Origin: an uncultured Alistipes sp.
GTDB taxonomy: Bacteria > Bacteroidota > Bacteroidia > Bacteroidales > Rikenellaceae
DNA: 42,323 bases
Assembly: GCA_964542345.1 (NCBI GenBank)
Contig: CAZIUJ010000001.1
Span: forward strand, 1-42,323
Direction: 5' to 3'
In this document: positions 27,095-34,857 of the stretch, piece after piece
How positions within the stretch are numbered: the stretch's first letter is position 1
How the letters are laid out: every line of letters starts with the position of its first letter
Position numbers and translations under genes: made by a program
The notes under the pieces: model-generated
The model's input: the letters and a program-made list of their open reading frames with translations, nothing else
Databases searched by the model: none
What the model was told of the DNA's origin: nothing

Positions 27095-27758
27095 ATTGGT
27101 TTTTTTCGATTTTTGCGAAACGTTGGTTTCGTTCCAGACGGCCGATCGTTATGTGGATTTCTGTCGGGAACGTCTCCGGCGGCCCCGTATGCGTTTGTTG
27201 CAAGCTGTCACCCGGATTTTGACGAGGATGTACTTTTTTCGGGCTATGGGTCGATTACGGCCAGATAATTCCATGCGAAAGCGATTGATTCTTTGGCAGT
27301 TAAGAGGCATAGAGTATGCCGAGCTCGATCGGCTGGCGAGGATGTATTATGAGCAGAGTCTGAAACCTGCTGTTATTCCGATGATGCAGGAACGCATGTT
27401 GCAGCATCTGAATGCAGGCGATGCGGTTTGGATTGTATCGGGTGGATATGATATTTATATCAAATATTTTGTCGAGGCTTTCGGCTTGGCCGGTTGTGTC
27501 AGTACGAAAATCGCTTTTTCTGAATGCGGAATTTGCCGGGGAGTATTCGAGGGTCTCGACTGTATGTCTGCCAATAAGGTTGTTCTGTTGCAATCGTTGA
27601 TGGGCAGGACATTATCCGAACATAAAAGCATCGCTTATTCAGACAGCTGTTCGGATTTGCCGCTTTTGTTGATGGCGACGGAGGGATATGCAGTCTCGAA
27701 GCATCGATCTCAAAAATGGAGTGCGGATAATAATCTAAAAGAGTTGATATGGGAATAA
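27078..27758 (+). CDS. HAD-IB family phosphatase
   Basis: Motif I variant FFDFCETLV, motif II IVSGG, K in ANKV, motif IV AYSDSCSDLPLL. Confidence 0.85.
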   Translation: MPAGNKLVFFDFCETLVSFQTADRYVDFCRERLRRPRMRLLQAVTRILTRMYFFRAMGRLRPDNSMRKRLILWQLRGIEYAELDRLARMYYEQSLKPAVIPMMQERMLQHLNAGDAVWIVSGGYDIYIKYFVEAFGLAGCVSTKIAFSECGICRGVFEGLDCMSANKVVLLQSLMGRTLSEHKSIAYSDSCSDLPLLLMATEGYAVSKHRSQKWSADNNLKELIWE

Positions 27759-28684
27759 GGGAATTTGTAAATAAGGCTCGCTTTCGAAATGGCTTTTTAT
27801 TTTTTCTTAGCCGGGTCGTTTATGAAATCTGGGTCTTCTTCAAATTTCGGATTCGTAGAAATCGAACGATCATTCGAGACAAGTACAGACGGATTTTCGG
27901 TTATACTTTGGATTTGTCGGCACCTCGAACGTTGAACGAAAAGCTGCAATGGCTGAAACTCAACGATCAGAAAGACTTTTATACGATTTGTGCGGACAAA
28001 TATGCCGTTCGTGATTATCTCGCTCGAATGTTCGGAGCCGAATATCTCATTCCGCTCATTTATCATACCGATAATTGGCGCGCTGTTGTTCCGGAGCATA
28101 TCGCCCGCTATCCATGCATCGTCAAGGCCAATCATACATCGGGCGACTACGTTATTCTTCGGAATCCCGATGATGTGGATTGGAAAGAGCTGAAACGGAG
28201 ATGCAGATGGTGGCTTAAAAAGGATTATTATGCCGTGTCGCAGGAGTGGCAGTACAAGAATATCAAACGGCAAATCGTCGTCGAGGAACTGTTGCAAACC
28301 CGGAGCGGCCGCATTCCCAATGACTATAAGTTGCACTATATCAATGGGAAATTGCAATTCGTTTATGTCTCGATAGATAGGGAGGGAGCTAATAAGCGCA
28401 ACATTTATGACGAAAACTGGTCGCCGCTTGATTTTACATGGGTGGAGAAAGGGGCCGGAAACGTACGCGGTGCCGAAATCGAAGTGCCGGCAACTTTTGA
28501 GACGATGAAAGCGATCGGTTCCAAGATTGCGGCGGACTTCAAATACGTCCGAGTCGATTTTTATGATGTCGACGGGAGATTGTATTTTGGCGAGATCACC
28601 TTGTATCACGGTAGCGGATTCGATGTTTTTACGCCGCCCGAATATGATCTGAAATATGGGGAATTGCTGAATCTTAACGAATAG
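27749..28684 (+). CDS. TupA-like ATP-grasp amide ligase
   Basis: PRTLNEKLQWLKL, ADKYAVRDY, KANHTSG, DYKLHYING, YVRVDFY..YFGEITLYHGSG. Confidence 0.9.
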   Translation: MGIREFVNKARFRNGFLFFLSRVVYEIWVFFKFRIRRNRTIIRDKYRRIFGYTLDLSAPRTLNEKLQWLKLNDQKDFYTICADKYAVRDYLARMFGAEYLIPLIYHTDNWRAVVPEHIARYPCIVKANHTSGDYVILRNPDDVDWKELKRRCRWWLKKDYYAVSQEWQYKNIKRQIVVEELLQTRSGRIPNDYKLHYINGKLQFVYVSIDREGANKRNIYDENWSPLDFTWVEKGAGNVRGAEIEVPATFETMKAIGSKIAADFKYVRVDFYDVDGRLYFGEITLYHGSGFDVFTPPEYDLKYGELLNLNE

Positions 28685-28688
28685 TCTT

Positions 28689-29705
28689 ATGCCGCAAATT
28701 CCATGTATCTCGGTCATCATGAGTATCTATAAGGAGCCGGAATCCTGGATTCGGCTCTCTGTCGACTCTATTCTTGGACAAACTGTTGCCGATTTCGAGT
28801 TCATCATCATCAACGATAATCCGACGCGGCCCGAGAACGACCGGTTGTTGCAGGAGTATGAGCAGAAGGATTCCCGAATTCGGGTGATCCGGAATGCCGA
28901 AAACTTGGGGTTGACAAAATCTCTGAATGTTGGATTGCAGGTAGCGCAGGGCACGTATATTGCCCGAATGGATGCCGATGATTTCGCTTTTCCTGAACGT
29001 TTCGCTGTGCAGCTGCAGTACCTGCAGGAACATCCGGATTGTATCGCCTGCAGCGGACTGGCTTATCTCTGGGATGGTACGAACATAACTGGTAAAATGT
29101 ACCGGCCGGTCGATTATCCGGAGTTTCTCTATTATTCGTTCACTTCTTCGCCGTTCGTGCATCCGCTGTTGATGATGCGGCGGGAATCTTTGGAGAAAGG
29201 AAATATCCGTTACGACGAAGATTTCCGTTATTCGCAGGATTACAAGTTGGCGGTCGATATGCTTCAGGTCGGCAAGATCGGAAACGTCGATCGTTATTTG
29301 CTGAAATATCGGATTTCGGCCCAGCAGATCACGTCCAAGTTCGGGCGCGAGCAGACGGATTTGACTACCCGGATTCGTCGCGAGCTCATCGATTGGTATT
29401 ACGGGATGTTTTCGCTTCCGGCTCTGCCTTCGGTTATTTCAGTCGATACATTGAGGGAGAATTATCGCTATACGAAAACCGTATGCTGCGACGGTGGGTT
29501 GACAGCCTCGCAGAAGCAGGAATTCCGTCTCGTGATGAATTGCATCCGCCGGCTGTTTTATTATTCGCTCCCCAAATATTCTTGGTCGAGTTTGTGGCTG
29601 TTTTTGAAATCCGGCGATTATTTCTGCAAGCCATATAAGTTTCGTCGGTTTGTCATCATTGTCCTGAAGCATTTCAGGGCCACGATCGTTCCGAGATTAT
29701 TATAG
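28689..29705 (+). CDS. Glycosyltransferase family 2
   Basis: ISVIMSIYKE, EFIIIND, NLGLTKSLN, YIARMDADD, SQDY. Confidence 0.9.
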   Translation: MPQIPCISVIMSIYKEPESWIRLSVDSILGQTVADFEFIIINDNPTRPENDRLLQEYEQKDSRIRVIRNAENLGLTKSLNVGLQVAQGTYIARMDADDFAFPERFAVQLQYLQEHPDCIACSGLAYLWDGTNITGKMYRPVDYPEFLYYSFTSSPFVHPLLMMRRESLEKGNIRYDEDFRYSQDYKLAVDMLQVGKIGNVDRYLLKYRISAQQITSKFGREQTDLTTRIRRELIDWYYGMFSLPALPSVISVDTLRENYRYTKTVCCDGGLTASQKQEFRLVMNCIRRLFYYSLPKYSWSSLWLFLKSGDYFCKPYKFRRFVIIVLKHFRATIVPRLL

Positions 29706-29707
29706 TT

Positions 29708-30997
29708 ATGCTATATAATATAGTCATTCTTTTCTTGTTGTTTTTCTGTTTCCCGATTCCGGGAGCGGTCAATTCCATATGGATTGCCGCTGCGGTCGCT
29801 TTGGGACGTATCGTAGTGAAAGGACGGCTCTCTTTTTTCTATCATAATTTGTGTTCCAAATATGTCGTTGGCATTTTGGTCGCTACCGGTCTGTTGATTT
29901 TGTATTCTTTTTTGGTTACGATATTCACCGAGGCTTATGATTTCTCTCGAACGATGGCGTTGCTATCCTTGTTCATCGGTCTTCTTTTAGTGATAGTCGT
30001 TTATTCGTCTCTTTCGTTTGATCACGTTAAGGACCGCGATCTCGAACGTTCGATCATTGTCGTTTTCGTGATTCAGTCCATGATTTCGGTCTTGGCATTC
30101 GTTTCGCCGTCGTTTCGAGAGATCGTTTCTCTTTTTCAGTTTCAGGACGATGCCGAGTTGGCTTCGTTGTCTTATGCCGGATTCCGGGGCCTTGCCATTT
30201 CCGGACGCTTGTATTTCGAGTTCGCGGCTACCTGCGGTTTGGCAACCATTATTCAGATGAGGCGGATACTCGAACAGCAGCATCTTTCTTATTATTTGAT
30301 TGTCGAGTTCCTGCTTTTGATCGTCTGCGGTTTTTTTGCCGGTCGGACAGCGCTGGTTGGATTGGCATTCGCTTTTCTGTTGTTGATCGTCTATCGGCGG
30401 CATGCCGGTTATAAGATGGCATTCATCCGGAAACTCTTGTTGAGCCTGTTTTTTGTGGGTTTCCTCGGCTTTGTGCTTCTTCCCGGCGAAATACTTGCGC
30501 TTATTACCGAGCATTTGCTTCCGTGGGTCTTCGATCTCTTCATCAAGGTCTATGAAACCGGCAGTACGGAGAGTAGCGCATCGTTCAATAATCTGAATGA
30601 AATGTACGAGACGATTCATATCTCTTTGCAGGAATGGATCGTGGGATCGGGTCAATACAGCAATGCTGATGGCAGTTACTACAAACATGTGGATGCCGGT
30701 TATCTGCGTCAGCTGTTGTATTGGGGTCTTGTCGGGTCTTTCATCAACTTGATCTATTCGATTCGTTTCTTCGTACAACCGTGGCGGGTACATAAGGGGG
30801 AGAGGAATGAAACGTATTTTTTGTCGACTCTTTTTGTCTATACATTGGTCGTGCATTACAAGGGCGACTTGATGGGAATCAGCCGGTTCTATTATGTGAT
30901 TTTATTTATGTACTTGTTGCATATATACTTTTCGGCCAATCGAGAAGCTTTGCAGGGTAGACCGACGGCGCTCGTCGATTTTGCTTTGAAAAAATAG
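29708..30997 (+). CDS. wzy: Probable polysaccharide polymerase
   Basis: ~10-11 TM segments, GRTAL, large periplasmic loop, GSGQY..YYKHVDAGYLRQLLYWGLVG. Confidence 0.72.
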   Translation: MLYNIVILFLLFFCFPIPGAVNSIWIAAAVALGRIVVKGRLSFFYHNLCSKYVVGILVATGLLILYSFLVTIFTEAYDFSRTMALLSLFIGLLLVIVVYSSLSFDHVKDRDLERSIIVVFVIQSMISVLAFVSPSFREIVSLFQFQDDAELASLSYAGFRGLAISGRLYFEFAATCGLATIIQMRRILEQQHLSYYLIVEFLLLIVCGFFAGRTALVGLAFAFLLLIVYRRHAGYKMAFIRKLLLSLFFVGFLGFVLLPGEILALITEHLLPWVFDLFIKVYETGSTESSASFNNLNEMYETIHISLQEWIVGSGQYSNADGSYYKHVDAGYLRQLLYWGLVGSFINLIYSIRFFVQPWRVHKGERNETYFLSTLFVYTLVVHYKGDLMGISRFYYVILFMYLLHIYFSANREALQGRPTALVDFALKK

Positions 30998-31004
30998 ATA
31001 TACA

Positions 31005-32033
31005 ATGAATGAAATAGATGTCGTTATTCCGTGGGTAAGCGATCAAGATGAGCAGTGGTGCCGGGAGCGTCAGCGTTATCTCTCGGACTTCATGGATAAG
31101 CCGGGAAGCATGGATAAGTTTTTCCGCGATTGGAATACGTTGCTTTATGTGTTCCGGGGAATTGAAAAATTCATGCCGTGGGTTCATCGGATTCATTTGC
31201 TTACCTATGGGCATGTCCCGGAGTGGCTCGATTTGCAAGCTGAAAAATTGCATGTTGTCAAACATACGGATTTTTATCTCGATCCGCAGTGTTTGCCGAC
31301 TTTCAATTCGCAGTCGATCGAGATGAATCTGCTGGGGATCGAGGGACTCGCCGAACGATTCATCTATTTTAATGACGATACGCTCGTTTTGAAAGAGACT
31401 CCCGAAACCCGGTTCTTTCAAGATGGCAAACCTTTGGATTTTATCATTCAAGGAATACCGAGACAAGGATTTCTTTATAAGTTCCTTATATCGAATGATT
31501 CGTATGTTTATACAATGGCAAACAATCTGTGTCTGATAAACGAACGATTTTCAAAAAAGCGGTTGTTGAAAGAGAATCCGTCCTTGTTCTATAATCCCCG
31601 TTATAGTTGGAGGAGCCGATTGCTGAATCGCTTTTTCAATCTGTTTCCCAAGTATTATTGGTTTTCGAATTACCATTTCCAGCAGCCTTATCTGAAAAGT
31701 AATTTGCAGGAGACCTATGCTCTCTATAAGAAAGAAATGGATTTGACTTCTTCAAGCCGCTTCAGGAACAGACACGATGTGAATCAATATTTGTATCGTT
31801 ATGTCTGCTTGGCCAAAGGCGAATTTGTTCCTTATGAGCCGAATGATACTTATTCCCTGGTTTTGAGCACCTACAAGAATTTTTGCAGGAACAAAGACAA
31901 GATATATCGGGCGCGTTTTTTCTGTCCCAATGATAGTCCTCGTATTTCCGAGACCGATTATATGAAAACCAGGCAGGAGTTGACCGGTATTCTGGATGAG
32001 ATTCTTCCTGAGAAATCGTCGTTTGAAAAATGA
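31005..32033 (+). CDS. Stealth-family sugar-1-phosphate transferase
   Basis: CR1 IDVVIPWV; CR2 FRGIEKFMPWVHRIHL..PEWL..LPTFNSQSIE..GLAERFIYFNDD; CR4 FCPND..LPEKSSFEK. Confidence 0.9.
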   Translation: MNEIDVVIPWVSDQDEQWCRERQRYLSDFMDKPGSMDKFFRDWNTLLYVFRGIEKFMPWVHRIHLLTYGHVPEWLDLQAEKLHVVKHTDFYLDPQCLPTFNSQSIEMNLLGIEGLAERFIYFNDDTLVLKETPETRFFQDGKPLDFIIQGIPRQGFLYKFLISNDSYVYTMANNLCLINERFSKKRLLKENPSLFYNPRYSWRSRLLNRFFNLFPKYYWFSNYHFQQPYLKSNLQETYALYKKEMDLTSSSRFRNRHDVNQYLYRYVCLAKGEFVPYEPNDTYSLVLSTYKNFCRNKDKIYRARFFCPNDSPRISETDYMKTRQELTGILDEILPEKSSFEK

Positions 32034-32842
32034 ATAAATTAGCTGTTGTCCTTTCGGTTTACAAGAACGATAAATTGGAGTTTTTCCAGCCTTGTATGGA
32101 GAGTTTGTTGGGGCAGACTTTTTCCAGGGCTGATATTTGGATTCAGTTCGATGGTGCCGTGTCCGAGCAAATCGAAACATACTTGGCCAAGTTGGACGGT
32201 GAGCATCTTTTTGTACGGAAACGAGCCGAAAACAAAGGTCTTGCCTGTTCTTTGAACGAGTTGTTGGAGGAAGTTCTTCAAAAAGATTATCGCTATATCG
32301 CTCGGATGGATGCTGACGACATTTGTTTCGAGGACCGGTTTCTTCGGCAAATTGAATTCATGGAGGCGCATCCGCAGATCGATATTTGCGGCGGATATAT
32401 CGAAGAGATGAACGAAACCGGAACCCCGACAGGTATCGTAAAATATCCGTTGGAACAGGAGGCGATGAAAGCATTCTTCGGACGACGGAATCCGTTGGCT
32501 CATGTGTCGGCGATGTTCCGCAGATCTTATTTCGACAAAGCTGGACTCTATCCGACAGATACGAATAAGGATGAGGATACGATGTTTTGGTTGCAGGGTT
32601 TTTTGTCGGGATGTGTGTTCGCCAATATTGATGAACCATTGGTGCATGTTCGGGTGAACGATGATTTTTATTGTCGCCGCAATGGATTTGCCAAAAGTTG
32701 GGGCGATTTGAAAAATCGGTGTACGATCATTCGCTCTCTGCGACTCTCTCCGGTCGATTATCTCCTGGCTTTCGGTCGTTTCCTCTTTTTCCTGATTCCG
32801 ATACCTTGGTTGACCCGACTGGCTTATCGCTACTTGAGATAA
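32030..32842 (+). CDS. Glycosyltransferase family 2 (AmsE/WbbD-like)
   Basis: VVLSVYKND, FDG, ENKGLACSLN, IARMDADD..RF..Q, NPLAHVSAMFRR, EDTMFW. Confidence 0.88.
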   Translation: MNKLAVVLSVYKNDKLEFFQPCMESLLGQTFSRADIWIQFDGAVSEQIETYLAKLDGEHLFVRKRAENKGLACSLNELLEEVLQKDYRYIARMDADDICFEDRFLRQIEFMEAHPQIDICGGYIEEMNETGTPTGIVKYPLEQEAMKAFFGRRNPLAHVSAMFRRSYFDKAGLYPTDTNKDEDTMFWLQGFLSGCVFANIDEPLVHVRVNDDFYCRRNGFAKSWGDLKNRCTIIRSLRLSPVDYLLAFGRFLFFLIPIPWLTRLAYRYLR

Positions 32843-32863
32843 ATTTTTTATAAGTATGTTCCG

Positions 32864-33454
32864 ATGATTCTCAAATTCGTTTTCGACAGAACGATGGCCC
32901 TGGTCGGGCTGCTGATGCTTTGGCCTTTGTTGCTCGTCGTGGCATTGTTGATCCGTTTCAAGATGCCGGGCGGTCCCGTTATCTTCCGACAGCAGAGGGT
33001 GGGGCAGTATGGCCGGTTGTTTACCATGTACAAGTTCCGGTCGATGGTTGTGTCGCATTCCGGTAGCTCGGTTTCCGTCAAGGGCGAAAGCCGAATCACT
33101 CCGTTAGGTGCTGTGTTGCGGAAATATAAGTTGGACGAGTTGCCCGAGCTTTGGAATGTGTTGGTTGGCGACATGAGCTTCGTCGGTCCTCGTCCCGACG
33201 TGCCGGGTTATGCGGATCGGTTGGAGGGTGAGGCTCGGAATATTTTGTCGTTGAAACCGGGTATAACGGGGCCGGCCAGTTTGAAATATCGCGATGAGGA
33301 GGAGTTGTTGGCGGCGCAGGACGACCCCCAAAAGTATAATGACGAGGTCTTGTTCCCCGATAAGGTGCGGATTAACTTGGAGTACCTGAAAAACAGGAGT
33401 TTCGGTCTCGACCTCAGAATCATCGTATGTACGGTGCTTGGAAAAAGTATGTAG
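32864..33454 (+). CDS. Initiating phosphoglycosyltransferase (small PglC/WcfS-type bacterial sugar transferase)
   Basis: KFVFD, F.Q.RVG..G..F..YKFRSM, RIT..G..LRKYKLDELPELWNVLVGDMSFVGPRP, KPGITG. Confidence 0.92.
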   Translation: MILKFVFDRTMALVGLLMLWPLLLVVALLIRFKMPGGPVIFRQQRVGQYGRLFTMYKFRSMVVSHSGSSVSVKGESRITPLGAVLRKYKLDELPELWNVLVGDMSFVGPRPDVPGYADRLEGEARNILSLKPGITGPASLKYRDEEELLAAQDDPQKYNDEVLFPDKVRINLEYLKNRSFGLDLRIIVCTVLGKSM

Positions 33455-33474
33455 TGTTGCAATTATCTATAATT

Positions 33475-34716
33475 ATGAAAAAACGGATTCATCTTTGCCT
33501 GGCCCACATGAGCGGCAAAGAGCAGGATTTCATCAAGGAGGCTTTTGATACGAATTGGGTGGTTCCTCTCGGCCCCAATGTGAATGGATTCGAAGCTGAC
33601 TTAGAGGCGTTCGTTGGGCAGAATAAATATGTGGTTGCTTTGTCTTCGGGTACGGCGGCCGTTCATCTGGCTTTGGTGGCGTGCGGCGTAGGTCCGGGCG
33701 ATGAGGTGATCGTGCAAAGTTTTACCTTTTGTGCTTCTTCGAATCCGATTGCTTATCTGGGGGCAACTCCCGTCTTTGTCGATTCCGAGGCCGACAGTTG
33801 GAACATGGATCCGGACTTGCTTCGTACGGCCATCGAAGACCGTATTGCCCGAACCGGTCGCAAACCGAAAGCCATCATTCCGGTTTATCTTTATGGCATG
33901 CCTGCCCGGATCGACGAAATCATGGCCGTCGCCGATCGCTTCGATATTCCGGTAATCGAGGATGCCGCCGAGGGCTTCGGCAGCAGATTCGACGGACAGG
34001 TTTGCGGAACATTCGGAAAATACGGCGTTCTGTCGTTCAACGGCAACAAAATGATTACCACTTCGGGCGGCGGCGCCTTGATCTGTCCTGATGAAGAAAC
34101 CAAAAAGCGGATCATGTTTTATGCAACGCAGGCGCGCGAATCGTATCCGTATTACCAGCACGAGCAGATCGGTTATAACTACCGCATGTCGAATATCTGC
34201 GCCGGCATCGGCCGGGGACAGATGACGATCCTCGATCAGCATATCGATCATCATAAGCATGTTTGTCGGCTTTATAAGGAGCTGTTGGCCGGCGTCGGAG
34301 GGGTCTCGCTTCACGAGAATCCTTCGTCGCGTTATGACAGCAATTACTGGCTCGTCGCCATCACACTCGATCCGACCTTGCACGTGAAAGGCGAGGAGCG
34401 GGCTTATGAAGCTGTCGTACAGGGCGCTGTCGGGGGTGCTGCCGGTGTAACGCATACCGCCTCTTCGGCGCATACCGACAGCGAGCCGAATCGCAATGTC
34501 GAGGCGATGCGTCTGGCTTTGGATGAGGCCGGTATCGAGTCGCGACCCTTGTGGAAGCCGATGCACCTGCAGCCTATCTATCGCCATAGTCCCGCCTATG
34601 TCAATGGGGTTTCCGAGCGGATTTTCCATCAGGGCCTTTGCCTGCCAGCCGGTCCTTGTGTAACGGATGAGGATGTAGCTTATATCGTCGAAAGTATCAA
34701 AAATAACATCGCTTGA
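33475..34716 (+). CDS. DegT/DnrJ/EryC1/StrS nucleotide-sugar C4 aminotransferase (PglE/EpsN-like)
   Basis: EAFDTNWVVPLGPNV, LSSGTAAVHLAL, IEDAAE, SFNGNKMITTSGGG, GYNYRMSN, RPLWKPMHLQP. Confidence 0.92.
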   Translation: MKKRIHLCLAHMSGKEQDFIKEAFDTNWVVPLGPNVNGFEADLEAFVGQNKYVVALSSGTAAVHLALVACGVGPGDEVIVQSFTFCASSNPIAYLGATPVFVDSEADSWNMDPDLLRTAIEDRIARTGRKPKAIIPVYLYGMPARIDEIMAVADRFDIPVIEDAAEGFGSRFDGQVCGTFGKYGVLSFNGNKMITTSGGGALICPDEETKKRIMFYATQARESYPYYQHEQIGYNYRMSNICAGIGRGQMTILDQHIDHHKHVCRLYKELLAGVGGVSLHENPSSRYDSNYWLVAITLDPTLHVKGEERAYEAVVQGAVGGAAGVTHTASSAHTDSEPNRNVEAMRLALDEAGIESRPLWKPMHLQPIYRHSPAYVNGVSERIFHQGLCLPAGPCVTDEDVAYIVESIKNNIA

Positions 34717-34749
34717 TAGGCGTTCCATAGCAGACGGGCTTTTTTTGAG

Positions 34750-34777
34750 AATCCGGGCATTTCGTCCGGATTTTTTT
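34750..34777 (+). terminator. Intrinsic terminator of the capsule locus
   Basis: AATCCGGGC-ATTTC-GTCCGGATT-TTTTT. Confidence 0.7.
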
Positions 34778-34806
34778 GTCGCAGAATCTCCGTTCTGTCT
34801 TCATAC

Positions 34807-34836
34807 AAAAACAGCCGCCCCGAACGGGGCGGCTGT
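34807..34836 (-). terminator. Intrinsic terminator of the M16 peptidase
   Basis: AAAAA-CAGCCGCCCC-GAAC-GGGGCGGCTG; U-tract on the minus strand. Confidence 0.8.
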
Positions 34837-34857
34837 CGATTTTCACAGAGCAGGGGA

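Noticed and set aside
25985-27758. hisC / serB housekeeping assignment
   Set aside because: No other his or ser genes nearby; low-GC capsule context and coupling to a TupA ATP-grasp point to polysaccharide modification
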